A stretch of DNA of 63,984 nucleotides, counting the filler, from Thelocarpon superellum (lineage: Eukaryota), in assembly GCA_026025795.1 (NCBI GenBank). It is 3 parts of 3 records of this genome, joined end to end, with 100 filler letters (N's around TTAATTAATTAA, not from the genome) between each part and the next. Parts side by side here need not be neighbours in the genome. Positions count along the whole stretch, not along the records: positions 21,609 to 43,063 come from JAPEUG010000312.1; positions 43,164 to 63,984 come from JAPEUG010000317.1; 1 more part is not named here. One strand, given 5' to 3'. The notes beneath the pieces are model-generated. The model was not told the DNA's origin. It searched no databases and saw only the letters and a program-made list of their open reading frames with translations. A program made the translations under genes and the position numbers. This document shows, piece by piece, positions 34,355 to 46,809 of the stretch (position 1 is its first letter; every line of letters begins with the position of its first letter).

Positions 34355-35029
34355 AATTGGTCCTTCGTACCCGACGAGGACCTCGGTGGATTGGATGCTT
34401 TGCCAACGATCGGCTTCGCAGGACCTGCCACAACTCATGGGCAGTTGCACCGAGATTCTTGACCACTCTGGGCAAGGCAGTCCAGAAGCATAGCCAATGT
34501 GGCGCAGCTGCTCCTCGTGGTCAGAGCAGTCAAGAAGGTGGTGGAGTAGGCCGTTCGAGCGACTTGATTGAAGCCTCATCCCCCTCCGCCGCGGTGTGAG
34601 AGGGAGGATCACGTGACGTTGGCGATATTTCCTCTTTCGGATCCGTCAATTCGATTGGTAGCCGTCGACGTCGAGCCATGGCCAGACCCGTCATCAACCC
34701 GATCCACGGCGGTCAGCCTCTGCATCCCCTTGGCCCTTTTCACGCATCCATCTGAAATCACGGAGCGCACCGAAGGCTCGTTGTCGATGCGCTGCGGGGT
34801 CGTCGTCCGTTGAGCCAACCCGCGCGTCACTGACCCGTCATCCGCCCATCGCGAGCGACCGTCATCCCATGCCTGTCCCCCACATGTCGTGTTCATCCAC
34901 GATCCATCGTGACATCGTTGTGCAGCATCAGGCCCGATGAAATCCCCCCCGACTCGCCGTCTCCATTGATCCGGCGCCACCGCCGTCCGTCTCGCCCGGG
35001 CAGGTCATCGCTCCTCGTGCCGCGCCCCC

Positions 35030-37059
35030 ATGGCGGCGACCGTGTCGACCAAGACGGGACCGCCGTTGCAGAAGCTGAAGCGCCCGCCTCCGCCAGCCCT
35101 GCACACCACCGCAAATGGCATCGCGGCATCCGGGTCCTCGCCATCACCCTCCTTGACCGCCAAGCGCCCGCCGTCCGGATCCAAACCGCCGCCCAATTCC
35201 GCCGGCCTCACCAACGGCGTCAACGGAAGCGGTCCACGGAGCAGCACGCGGCAACGGCGCGAGGCCCAAAAGTCGGGCGATGGCTTTGCCAAACCCTACC
35301 GGAATCACAGCACCGGCGGCCGCGGCGCAGGCCCGGACGGGCTGGAGCAGGATCGGCGCAAGCAGCTGAAGAAGCTCAGTCCTCAACCCTACGGTAGGTC
35401 GGGTGATGCCGTCCGACACCTCCATCTGACCTCGTCATGATAGTGCGGAAAACGGCGCATGTGCTGCAGAAGTTCCGGGGCGAGGCGCCATCACTCATTA
35501 TCCATCTGCATCCCACCCACTTTCGCTTTGACCAACAGGACGGGAATTTCGCCTACGGCTCCGCCATGCGCTCCTTTCTGGAGCATGTCCGCGCGCAGAC
35601 GGTGCCGCACGACATGCTCGAAGAGCTCTTCGCAGCCCAAGTCAAGTTCTACGATAGTACGTGTGGTGCGGCGCTGCGGCGGTGCGGCGGTGCGGCGGTG
35701 CAGGCAAGGCCAGGGCTGACGGTCCTGCTAGATTGTCTCATTGTGCAGGTTCACGATCACCGGTCCATCTCGCCTTCGGGCACGTCGTCGACGGCGAAGA
35801 ATGCCGACGGCGACACGACCAACCCCTCCTCCATCCACAACTACAACGAACATCTCACGCCCTCGCCCTATGCTCCCTTGTCCACCCGGCTCAAGCCGCG
35901 TCCCGCGGACAGTCCGTCGGCGAAGGCCGCCTCGTCGAGCACGGACGCGGTGGCTGGGGAGGCGAGTGCCGGGATTGACGCTGATCAGGACAAGGAGAAC
36001 CTGTCGGCGCCCAACCAGGCCACGGGCCGGATGGCGCGGCCGCCGGCGAGGAAGGCGCGCGTCTTCACGACGGTGCTGCATCCGACACCGCTGTCCCTCC
36101 ACACCGAGATGACCATCATGTCATTGACGGCCGACGGGCGGTCCGGCGGTCGACGGCATTCGCAGCCCGCCAACGTCCTGAGCGGCGCCGGCGTCAGCAC
36201 GTCCACGTCGCAACCCCCGACACCGCTGATCACGGGCCCGCCCACGCCACAGGGAGCGGCACACAAGAAGCAGAAGATGGTGCTGGATGATCGCAACATG
36301 CACGAGTTCGAGGCGGAGGTGCTCCGGACGACATCGGATCCCTTGTATCTCGAGCCCGCCGACAGCTTGGCGGAGGTGTTTCGCATCCTCAATGCCTTGC
36401 GCCATCCGCTGCACGATGCCCTCCCGCCCCTGCCCAAGACGCGGAAGCGGACCGTGGCCGAGCTTGCCGCGGACGAGGCCTTGCTCGCCGAACTGAACCG
36501 CTTTATGCTGTCCATGGACGAGCTGCGCGGCCCCTTGGCCGCCGCGACGGCCGGTGGGGGCCAAGCCGGCGCCGCCGACGGACCGGGCGGCGCGGCGCCG
36601 AGCTTCTCGCGCTTCAAGCTGCTGGAGGACATCAAAACTCGGCTCGAGGAGCAGCGCAAGAAGGAGAAGGCCCAGGCGGCCGAGAACCATCGGCGGCAGC
36701 AGCAAGAGCAGGCCGAGGCGGAGAAGCGGCGCGAGCAGGACGAGAAGACGCGGGAGCAGCAGCGCCGGGAGGCCTATCGACAACAGCAGCAATCGGCGGC
36801 GACTCGGGCGCGGGAACAGCAACTGCAGCAGCAGATGCAAGCCCAGCAGGCGCAACAGGCACAGGCCCAGCAGCAGGCCCAGCAGCAGGCCCAACAACAG
36901 GCCCAGCAGCACGCCCAGCAACAGGCCCAGCAGGGCCAGGCGGCGCAAGCCCAGCAGGCACAAGCCCAACAGAAGGCGCAGCAGGCTCAACAGAAAGCGC
37001 AGGCGCAGGCACAAGCCCAAGCCCAAGCCCAAGCCCAAGCCCAAGCCCAAGCTCACGCG

Positions 37060-37097
<38 letters not shown>

Positions 37098-38073
37098 AGC
37101 CCAAGCGCAGGCGCAGGCTCAGAACCCACATGGTCACCCGCCGCAGAGTATCGGGACACCGATCATGCCGGCGCAGCATCTGCAGGCCAATGCCAACCAG
37201 CACTCATCACCCTTGCTCGCGAGCAGCGCCCCGCACGTGTCGTCGCCCTTGGTGGGCAGCGTGATGCAGAGCCAAGCGGCGGGCAGCGTGCCGATGCACA
37301 TTACGTCGTCGGCCACGGGGGCAGGCAGCCCGCCACGGCCACCATCCTCGGCCCAGCAGCATCGCGCCGCGACCATGGTGCGCAACATGAGCCAGGCACG
37401 CAGCCAGCCGAGTCGCAACGGCACGCCCCAGATGGGGCAGGGCACGCCGAACCTCCAGCAAGCCACGCCGGTGATGCGACATCTGACGCCGACGCCGCGG
37501 ATGGGTCTGTCGAACTCGCCGCAGGGCAACATGGGATACCCGATGATGAACCAGGGCATGATGGCGGGGAATGCGCAGGCGCAGGCGCAAATGCTGCAGA
37601 GCATGACGCCGGAGCAACGTGTCGTCTACATGCAAGCGCAGCAACGGCAGCAGGTGCAGCAACAGCAAGCTGCCGCGGCGCAGCAACAACACCTGCAAAA
37701 CTCCGCGCCCAATAATGGCCAACAGCAGGTCAATCAGCAACAGATTGCAATGCTGCAGGCCCAGCAACGTGCCGCCTATCTCCAGAAGCAGCAGGCTCAG
37801 CAGGCGCAGGCGCAGGCGCAGGCACAAGCCCAAGCCCAAGCCCAGCAACAGATGAACACGCCGCAGCTCCAATCGCAACAGGTGCGCGACTACAGCGCCA
37901 CGATGCGAGGCCAGATGCAGCAGATGGTCAACAGCGCCAGCGCCACCAATCCCGGTGGTGCCGGGTCCGGGCCATCACAATCACCAGGGCAGCACCCCAC
38001 GGCCGCCGCATTAGCCGCGCGCGCCCAAGCCCAGGCCCAGGCCCAGGCCCAGGCCCAGCAACAAGCACAAGCC

Positions 38074-38108
<35 letters not shown>

Positions 38109-38802
38109 TCTCGCCTCAGCCGCCCAGATGCAAAACATGTCACCGCAGCAGCAGCAGCAACAGCAGCAACAGCACAACCTGAACATGCAACGAATGATGC
38201 AGCAGCGAATGCAACAGCAGATCCTGCCGCGCCTGACGCCCCAGCAGCGCCAATTGTTTCAGCGCGTGCACCAAGAACACGGCGGCAACATCCCGCCACA
38301 GATCTGGGCCACGTTCCGCCAACAGGCGCAGAACAACATGCTGCAGCATCAAGCGCAGCAGCAGGCGCAGGCACAAGCCCAAGCGGGGGGCACACCAGGC
38401 GGGGCCACCAGCAGCACCACCACCACCACCAACAACGTCAACGCCAACGCCAACGCCACCTCGAACTCAGGTGCAGGAGTAGGAGCAGGAGGCATGACCC
38501 AAGCGCAGGCCACACAAGCGATGCGACTGCAAGCCGCGCAGGCACAAGCCGCGCAGCAGCAGCACGTCAACATGCAAGCGCAGCAGCAAGCGCAGCAAGC
38601 GCAGCTGATGGCTGCCGCCGCGGCACAGCGGAACATTGCGTCGATGGGCGTTGGTGGACTCGGGGCTCTGGCGATGACTGTGCAGGGCTCACAAGGTGGA
38701 GGTGGAGGCGGCGGCGGCGGCGGAGGAGGAGGAGGAGGAGGAGGAGGAGGAGGAGGGGGGATTGGCGGGGCGCGTGGAGGCGCGAGTCAGGCCGGTCAGT
38801 AG
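35030..38802 (+). CDS. spt20: SAGA complex subunit Spt20 with long Gln/Ala-rich C-terminus
   Basis: PSLIIHLHPTHFRFDQQDGNFAY, VPHDMLEEL, CLIVQVHDHR, FTTVLHPTP and PKTRKRTVAELAADEA. ATG at 35030; introns at ~35394-35443 and 35657-35731. Confidence 0.9.
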
Positions 38803-39847
38803 CTGCAAGTGGCAGGACGCGTCATGATGGATGGATGGATGTAAAGGCAAGGAAAGGATAGGGTGGCGTTTGGTTGTTGATTCCCTTCTTCTTCTTCTTC
38901 TCCTTGTTGTTGGCCTTGGATTCGAGTCCCGTCGATTCGAGTTACCTTCTCTCGTCCCGCTCTTCTCGTCGGCTCCGGCCTGTACATCACCTTACTTTAC
39001 TGTCGCGGTATTCTCACCCTCCGCCCACTCCAGTTGAGTCGTGCTTTTCACTCCTACGAATCACGGGTCTATCACCAGGAGCCAGAATCAAGTGTAGAAG
39101 CTCCGAGGCAAGTCTCTGTTGCTTCATAAACGCCATCATCTAATGATGCCCAGGGTATCGCGAAGAAGAGAAGAGCATGAGCCAAAGGATATGCGCCGTC
39201 TCGAGCGCTGTCCATGAATGATCCACTCCATCCTGCCCACTCCATCCACCCTCGTCTTCTCTCCGTCCTTCCTTCACATGTGAAGCCAAGCCGGGAGAGC
39301 ACGGCAGGTGGCGTGAATTGCTTCACGCGGGCGCCCGCCCTCGTACGTCGCCCTCGTCTTCGCCCATGACCTCCACCCGACCAAGTCAGCCCCGAAGCCG
39401 CCCGTAGAAACAGGACAACCTCCAAACCCGCCAGCGCCACTGACAGGTAAGGGTGCAAGACCGACTCGGTGGGGGTATCGTCGTCCTTGTCGTCGTCGTC
39501 GTCGTCGTCGTCAAGCTCCGGTCCAGTGGCCAGGATCGCCCACGCAACCAAATCAACCTCGAAGCCGCCCGCGTAAACAGAGCAACCTCCGAACCGGCCA
39601 GCGCTGCGGCACTGGCGCGGTAGGGGTACGAGGCTGACTTGGCCGCGTGTCGTCCGTTGCTGGTCGCCGGTCGGGTCGTCCGCGAGGTCCAGTCCGGTCC
39701 AGTCGCCGGTCGACTGATGACGCTGGTATGACCACCAGCGAACATCCAAGAATGAGGGCACTCCAGCCGGAGACGTCGACCTGTGCGGCCCCGGTGGAGA
39801 GGAGGAACGAGTAGACTCGGGCCCGGTTGCAAGCCGGATCCCTCTGT

Positions 39848-41812
39848 CTATCCCCGCTCCTCACCCGCCACCGACCGACGGACCCATCCCTGAATCCGCC
39901 GGAACGTCCCCCCCATCTGGCGCAGGCGGTGCAAACGACGAGAGGCAGACCGCGCCGCCGCACCGTCTACCTCGTCAGAAGCCCGCACCCGTCGCCGCCG
40001 ACGTTGTGCTGCCACTCCCGCCGCCACTGTCGCCTGGTCGACACCGGCTCCCCAACCCTCCGCGGGAAAGATCATCCCCACCGTGATCATCTCTCCCTCC
40101 ACCCCCTCATCCTCCTCTTTCCCCTCTTCCTCGTCCTCCTCGTCCTCCTCCCACTCCGCCTCCTCGCTCGCCGCCCGTCGGGTCTCCATGACCGCCGACC
40201 CCACCACCAGGCCCCCGATGAGGGATGGCGGGCCATAGGAGACCCGCGGCTCCACCGCGGCAGGGTCAGCGGCCTGCTCCTCGACCGTGATGACCATCCC
40301 CCTCAGGCCGAGGGGGTTCAGCTCCAGGGCCGAGAGCACCATGCTCTCGACCACCCGACCGTCGATCGGGCGGCCAGCCCAGCGCCTGTGTGGGGAAGGA
40401 GCCGCCGCCCCTTGCGAGGCGACCGTGGCTTCACTCTCCCCACGCGCCGCGGCAGACTCGTCCGAATCTGCAACGGCCGCGCCGCTGTCGAAGCTCGCGA
40501 GGGACGGCGAGCTGTCCGATCGGACCGCGTACCGTGCCCGGTACGCAGCTGGAGCCGGGAGGCTAGTGGCGTCGACGCCGGCGTCCTCATCGCCCATGAC
40601 GACCGGCTCCTCTTCGTCGAGGATCTCGCTCAACCCGGCCCGGGAGGTATAAGGGGCCCGTCGCGACAGGCTGCCGACCGGCACGATGCGGGCCGGCACA
40701 AACAGCGCACGCTTGGGACGCGTGGCGGACGCTCGCGTTGGATTGCCGAAGAGTAACGGCGTAGCGGGGCGGGCGCGGCCAGGGCTGCCGCGCCGAAGCT
40801 CTTCATACGAGCGCGACTGTCGACCGGGACGCGTCGGCGGGCGGGCGGGCGACCGGGCGACGTGGGGCGAGTCCGGGAAGACCAAGGTATACTGCCGCGG
40901 ACGATCCACGTCCAGGTGAAGCGGCTCCTGCGCAGGGGAGCGGGGCTCGTCACCTTCCACCATCCGGCGGAGTCGGACGGAGCGGAAGGAGGCATGTTGG
41001 TGAGAGCCACGAGACGGACCGGGGGCACCAAGGGAGGTCGACCGCCGCAGCGGGTGGCGCGGGGGCCGCATGGAGGAGACCCTGCGGGATGCGTCGTGGT
41101 ACGCTGAGGTCTGGAGCTCTTCCACGCTTCCGTACGAAACCTGATGGGTCAGGGCCGTTTCGAAGGAGTCGCGACTCGGCGTTCCGTGTCTTCCCAGAAA
41201 TGAAGGAAGACGAGAGGGGGTGTGACGGGCCCCTTGATCTGGCTCGGTCTCCGACGGTACGCCATCAGGGGGGACCAAGGCGTTGGGTGGGAGAGATTGC
41301 TCACGGCCACCACGCAGCGTGATCCGACTGGCGAGCCGACGAAACGGTCGGCGGAGCGCACGAGTGGAGGCTCGCACGCGGAGAAGGGGGGGGAGCCGTT
41401 GCAGAGGAATGACAGGGTGGGTCCGATCGTCGGGCAGTGGCGCTGCCGTGGACGCGGACTCGTGCTGCTGCTCCTCGGATGGTCGGTGGTGCTCCGAGAT
41501 TCGTACGGCCAAAGTGAAGCGATGCGTCCAACGCTGGATCGCTGCCGTCGTCGTGGAGCGGCGAGAAGGCATGTCACGGTCGGCCGCTGGCGTCGCCGGC
41601 GGTAATCGGGGCGGGTGATGCACTGGATCCAAGTCGCGAAGACTCTCAAGGTTGCGTGTTACGAGGTGCAACGGGGACGATGGGTCACAACGGCGAGATG
41701 AAGCGAGCGAGCGAGCGTCAGGGCCGGAGGGCAGGATCGGGGCCTGGGCAGCAGCGTCGTCGAAGCGGGCGTCGTCGAGCAGCTTGGGGAGCTTCGCCAG
41801 CTTGTGCTGCAT
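39848..41812 (-). CDS. Hypothetical protein (654 aa, Arg/Pro/Ser-rich, acidic patch)
   Basis: Long ATG-initiated ORF in otherwise unassigned sequence, with an acidic tract EEAEWEEDEEDEEEGKEEDE. No domain recognised. Confidence 0.5.
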   Translation of the reverse strand: MQHKLAKLPKLLDDARFDDAAAQAPILPSGPDARSLASSRRCDPSSPLHLVTRNLESLRDLDPVHHPPRLPPATPAADRDMPSRRSTTTAAIQRWTHRFTLAVRISEHHRPSEEQQHESASTAAPLPDDRTHPVIPLQRLPPLLRVRASTRALRRPFRRLASRITLRGGREQSLPPNALVPPDGVPSETEPDQGARHTPSRLPSFLGRHGTPSRDSFETALTHQVSYGSVEELQTSAYHDASRRVSSMRPPRHPLRRSTSLGAPGPSRGSHQHASFRSVRLRRMVEGDEPRSPAQEPLHLDVDRPRQYTLVFPDSPHVARSPARPPTRPGRQSRSYEELRRGSPGRARPATPLLFGNPTRASATRPKRALFVPARIVPVGSLSRRAPYTSRAGLSEILDEEEPVVMGDEDAGVDATSLPAPAAYRARYAVRSDSSPSLASFDSGAAVADSDESAAARGESEATVASQGAAAPSPHRRWAGRPIDGRVVESMVLSALELNPLGLRGMVITVEEQAADPAAVEPRVSYGPPSLIGGLVVGSAVMETRRAASEEAEWEEDEEDEEEGKEEDEGVEGEMITVGMIFPAEGWGAGVDQATVAAGVAAQRRRRRVRASDEVDGAAARSASRRLHRLRQMGGTFRRIQGWVRRSVAGEERG

Positions 41813-43063
41813 AGGCAGAGACGTAATGGCCGCAGAAACGTCTGTTGCAGTTTGCTCGTGGTTGAATCTGAGAATGAGAGCGGGTGACCGACCAAATCAT
41901 GCTGGTGGGCGAACGTGACCTTTGCGTGACGCTGAATTAATGGGGAAGGGCATACCGCTCGTCGTAGGGCAGGGGCCGCCCCACGACTCCTCCTTCTGTG
42001 CCCAAGTTGTCGACGACGTAATTCATCACATCGTGTCAAACTGGGTGTGACTGGGCGTTTACTCTGCGCAGCTTAATGCTGCGCAGTGCACAGTGCCCAC
42101 TGGTGATTCTTGTAGAAGTTGCAGACGAGGAGTGGTCAAGAAAGACTTGACTTGTCCTCTCCGTGTCCCTTGAACAGCGAGCACCGCCGACCGGGGACGC
42201 TTGCGCGCGTAGCATGCTGCGAGCGCACTTGGTGCACGTGATGCACAACAGTTCTCCCAAAGAGCCTGCTCTTCGGGGTGCTGCCGCCGAATTAGTGGGA
42301 CTGGTTGAACGCAGGGTCCTACCCATCGTTGAGACTCACCTTCCCCTGGAGGCCCACACAGGATGGTCCTCCTGCACGTGAGAGCACGCTCCATCTCCGC
42401 GAGCAGCCTGAGGTCGAAGACGGCTTGCACGGAGACCGAAGATCTCCCTTCAAGATGCCTTCGATCTCAGGCTCCCTGCACTGCTGAAGACGTGCGAACC
42501 TCCGGGGAGCGCCCCTCCTCCCCCGTCCCTGGTCGGCGGGACTAACTCTGCCACGGGGGCAGGTACTGGCTCGTCATCATCGCAGGCGACGTCGCTATAC
42601 AATTAGGCGAGACGACCTGGCACTGGCCCTTTCCGCCGGCGAAGGGCCAGGACGGTGCTGATATATAAGGAGGCATACAGCAGAGTGGGCGGGGGAGAGA
42701 AGGGAAAGGCCACGGTGTGCACCTGACACAACTGCGCCAGGAAGCGGGTGGAGGTGGAGAGAAAGAACGGAGATGAGTGAGGAGTGGGCAGGAAAGACGG
42801 GGTATTTATGTTGGCCGAATCCATTCAGCCTGTCTTCGGTCCATGTTGTGTTACTTTGGGTGCGTGCAGTGACTGGCGGGCGCCGTGAATGTCGATGACG
42901 CGTCCAGAAGCATAACACAATGTCGGAGTCGTCATGGCGGTGGTCGTGGCGGTCGCCGCTGTTCGGGAGCCCGCCCGGTTGGGGGGACCTCCCAATGATG
43001 ACGGTGAATGCCGGGGCGCATATCGCGCTCGCCGCGGTGCAAATCATCACAGCTCCGCGCTTG

Positions 43064-43163
43064 NNNNNNNNNNNNNNNNNNNNNNNNNNNNNNNNNNNNN
43101 NNNNNNNTTAATTAATTAANNNNNNNNNNNNNNNNNNNNNNNNNNNNNNNNNNNNNNNNNNNN
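43064..43163. other. Artificial assembly spacer (44 N + TTAATTAATTAA + 44 N)
   Basis: Directly visible; identical to the first spacer. Confidence 0.98.
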
Positions 43164-43710
43164 ATCATCACCAAAGACAACGGCAGATGGCGGGCTCCAT
43201 TTACGCGGCGGATCTTTGGGCCTCGTGAGAGATGGCAGGTCCAACAGAGAGTGGACCGATGGCTCGAGGCAAGGACTTCAGACCGAGAAATGGCCGGTCG
43301 TGATTGCGCTCAATGGCTCGCTGGAAGGTAAACGACACCTTTACGGAGATGAAGTGCAAGCTGACTCGACCGATAGATTTGCAGCCAAGGAAGCAGCCTT
43401 CAAAGCCATCTCCTCACGTCGATTGTCTTGGCATGATATCACAATCGTGGATGGAAAAATCAAGCCGTCTCTCATCATTTGGGACGCAAGTCGCCCCAAT
43501 CTAGAGGAACATGTTGCGCCGGAAGCAGATTTGGAAGAGGAAGACGGGCAGAGAAATGGGCACGACGGTAGGGGAGACGGTGGGCGGAAAGATGAGGGGC
43601 AAATTGCAAGACTTTCCATCAGTCATGACCACGACTATGCGATTGCGACCGTGATGGCTGTGGATGAAATCGACGAGGCAGGGGCAGGAGTAGGGAATGG
43701 AGTTGAGTGA
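43164..43710 (+). CDS. AcpS-type 4'-phosphopantetheinyl transferase (Ppt2/PptB-like), 5' end lost in the gap
   Basis: ...FTRRIF...WLAG, then an intron (GTAAAC...ATAG), then RFAAKEAAFKA and LSISHDHDYAIATV. Confidence 0.85.
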
Positions 43711-44710
43711 GTGTGGGGAAGGGATGTATGACGCGATACGACGTGGAAAGAGATATGGAGGACCGATGAGCCATCTTGGTGAAAGTAGAGGATTAAAACA
43801 TTCATGTTTGTGCCATACTACGAAGTTGACATTATCTAGCTAAATGAATACCCGCCCTTCTGCATTCCGTATCTTGTCCACGGCCATGCACAGCCCAAGC
43901 GATGAGCAGAAAGACACAGCAAAGGTGAGATGCAAATCGGATGACGGCGCGTACCGAACATCCACAACGCCGTGTCGGACATCAAATGTAATTGTTCATG
44001 AAATGCAGATACCCGGATAGACAAAGAGACTGATGGGATCAAAATCCCCTGAATAGCGAGCTATGGTTGACACGCCTCCATATGTATAGCAAGATCATTG
44101 GCGACTTCAGTTGAGTGCACAGTGATTCCCATTCCTCTCGCCGTGAATGGGCATACGCTCTATTGGAATATAATTATTAATAGCGGCTTTTCGGTTGAAT
44201 TTGGGCGGCTGGTGCAGTAAGGAACCCCACAAGAATCGGACAGAGATTATGGCGCTGACAGTCCTGAAGATGGTAGCATGCCTCTCTCCTATCCGAAAGT
44301 TCTTTGAACCAACGGATCAAAGAGGTGGTTGCAGGTTAGTCAAATCCGCTTCCGTGTCCGCGTGGTGATGGGTTTTTTCTAATAAATCGCCAAGGTTCGA
44401 GTCCTGCGTCGCTCGACCATATTTTTTGCCTTTCCTCGTATGTTCCTTCTAGAGTCTTGGAGCTGGGCAGCATAGATGTAAGAGATTCCGGGGTCGTGAC
44501 CAGGTACGGCCCTCCCGTCGGATCGTGACCGAAGATCCTCCCTCCGCTGTCGCCGTCTTGTTTGGGGCAGCCTACTGGTTCCGCGTTTGACACCGCTAGC
44601 TGACCTGTCTTGCGGGCCTGCCCGGGTATCCTACTATTGGCGGAGAATATCCAAGAAGCGTCGTATTAGACTTATCTACGCGGAAAGACAGAAGTAGCCT
44701 CTGCGTCATA

Positions 44711-45863
44711 TCAAACCAGACCCCACAATGGTCGTGGGAGCTCGCCCATGGTGGAGGAGAGTCGTCGGCCAGTGTTCTTGTGGACATCGTCGATGCCTAC
44801 GTAGGCTTCGCGACGCGCTGGATCTCCGACCGTGACCGACCAGGTGCGCAGACCGTAGTATCGACCGATCGAATGAACGAGCCAACGGCTGCAGCATGTC
44901 GTCAGCTAGATGGACAGATTGGATGGGGAAATGGTCAGGACCACGTACCCAAAGCCTGCGCCGTGATCATCTACGAAGCTGTTAAAGACGAGCTTGTCTC
45001 GAGCCAGCTCCACCTCTTCGGCTTCTCGCGCCCGCAGCCGATCTCGCTGTTGCCTCGCGCACATCTTGTCGGCAGCGGCACGATTACGACCGAGAAACAC
45101 AATCTCCTCGTGCTCGGACTCGCCGATGTCTGTTTGGCGATCATGCCGATTCTCTCTCTGTTCCCAGCGCTCGACAAAGCCTCTGACCTCGGTCTCGAGG
45201 TCTTGGAGCAGGCCTCGCGCCGCCCGCGTCTTCTTCAGCTTGCCTCGCAACTCCTTGAGAACCACGTCGGCCATGCCTTCGTCATCCTTCTTCGCGTGCT
45301 TACGCTCTTTGAGCTCGGATGCTTTCCGTCCCAGCTCACCATCCCACAGGGGAGCGAGGTAATAGGGCACGGTCGCATGACGCGGATAGGTGGGATGCAC
45401 CTCCCAGTCGCTGGGCAAAGGTGCTTGCGCGTATGGGTTGTTCAACAGACGATCTGTGACGACACACGAAGCAATCAATCCATGATCCCGACGGCACTCA
45501 TCGCGGGGTATCGACGGTCAGTCATGGGCACCGACCATTCTCCCAGCGCTGGCGTCGCCGGCTGCCATCTTTGCCCTTGAGCAAGGCCTCGCGCCGCTTC
45601 AGGCTGTCGCGACAAAGTGGCTCGCGACGCCGCCTTGCGCCGGCCGAGGCTCGCGTCGGGGCGTCGTGCGCGTCGCGCGACGTGGTATCGTCCAGCGGGA
45701 TGGCCAGCGATACCGAGGTGCCACGGACGTTGACGTGCGCGAGACTGGGCGGAGAGATGGTCACTCCCTGCAGAGCCTCGGCTGCCTGCTCGGTCCAGGC
45801 CTCGATCGCGGCGTGGTCCACAGTCGTCGCGTGGTGCGGATTGAGTCTCGGATGGATCGCCAT
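44711..45863 (-). CDS. R3H-associated N-terminal domain protein, 3 exons
   Basis: MAIHP...IEAWT, RDSLKRREALLKGKDGSRRRQRWEN, DRLLNNPYAQAPLPSDWEVHPTY. The last exon reads RWLVHSIGRYYGLRTWSVTVGDPARREAYVG...LPRPLWGLV-stop (44711). Confidence 0.8.
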
Positions 45864-46809
45864 GGGACCGCCGGCAAAAGTGAGATGCGCGTTGCGCTAA
45901 GACCAGATCTTGAAAGCCAAGGAGCGATAGAAGGTGACGAGGGAGCAATGTCATCGACCAGCCATTGGGACAGAGGAGTGGGGTGCAAACGAGGAAGGGA
46001 GGTAGGGCACGCCCGTTCAAGTGGACGGAGTTGTAACCTGGACCGGCCGCGCCGGGCGCAATCATGCTTGCAGTCATGATGGAGTCACTCCGTCCGGCCC
46101 ATTCTCGTCTCGTCCGGTCAAGCCCTCGCGCCAATCACAAGCGAAGCCCGCGTCACGCCTATCTTCGTGTCATTCCTTCGCAGGGCCGCGGCTGGGGGAT
46201 CAAGGCTAGCATAGTGTGCGAGAGCCTGCCCCAGCCTGTGTTGGACGCGACTAGACAACAGAGCACGCCAGATCATGTGGCGTGGATTCCTATCCTATAG
46301 GAAGCTCTTCGTGATCACCAGAGTGCTCCTGAGCAATAGATCAGACTAACGGAGTGCCCAACATGACAGAGCTCCGCCGGCGTTCACGTGACACCGTGAC
46401 TACGCTGAGTGACTACATCCAACCCGTGACTAAATATGACGCAGAGGTCAAACTGATAGGATGATGATTGTTATGGAAAATCCGTGACGTGTTGGTCATC
46501 CTGGCCATACCCATGAACTGTTTGTTGTTCTATGAATGACCTGGCAAATCCGCCTTCCACGTGTGGGAAAGACCCAAGAGAAGAGAGTGGTTTCGTACGA
46601 CGCCGCCCAATGATGGTGCTTGCCCGGTCCATGTCCCCCATGCCAGCCATGGCCGATCGTTGCCATTTCCTCGATCCATCGGACCACGCCGGGTATCCGC
46701 CTCACAAACGACGCTGATGATATCCCCTAAATCCAAAACCAAAATCAAGCCCCGTCAAACGAGACCCAAGAAAAGAGTCGTGTTGGTAATACACAAGAGA
46801 AGAGACTGG

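Noticed and set aside
33942..34612. ORFs with repeated LLVLHTHLYQSLC / CSSSTCTCTSH peptides
   Set aside because: These are products of the 35-bp repeat cycling through frames, not a credible repeat protein.
35657..35731. Apparent 25-aa insertion in Spt20 (and an 18-aa insertion in Pex22-like at 23742-23795)
   Set aside because: Both are stop-free introns with lengths divisible by three and canonical GT, branch-site and AG signals that the ORF track reads through.
44348..44419. Functional tRNA gene
   Set aside because: No pairing acceptor or anticodon stem, and an internal poly-T terminator. Kept only as a low-interest relic.
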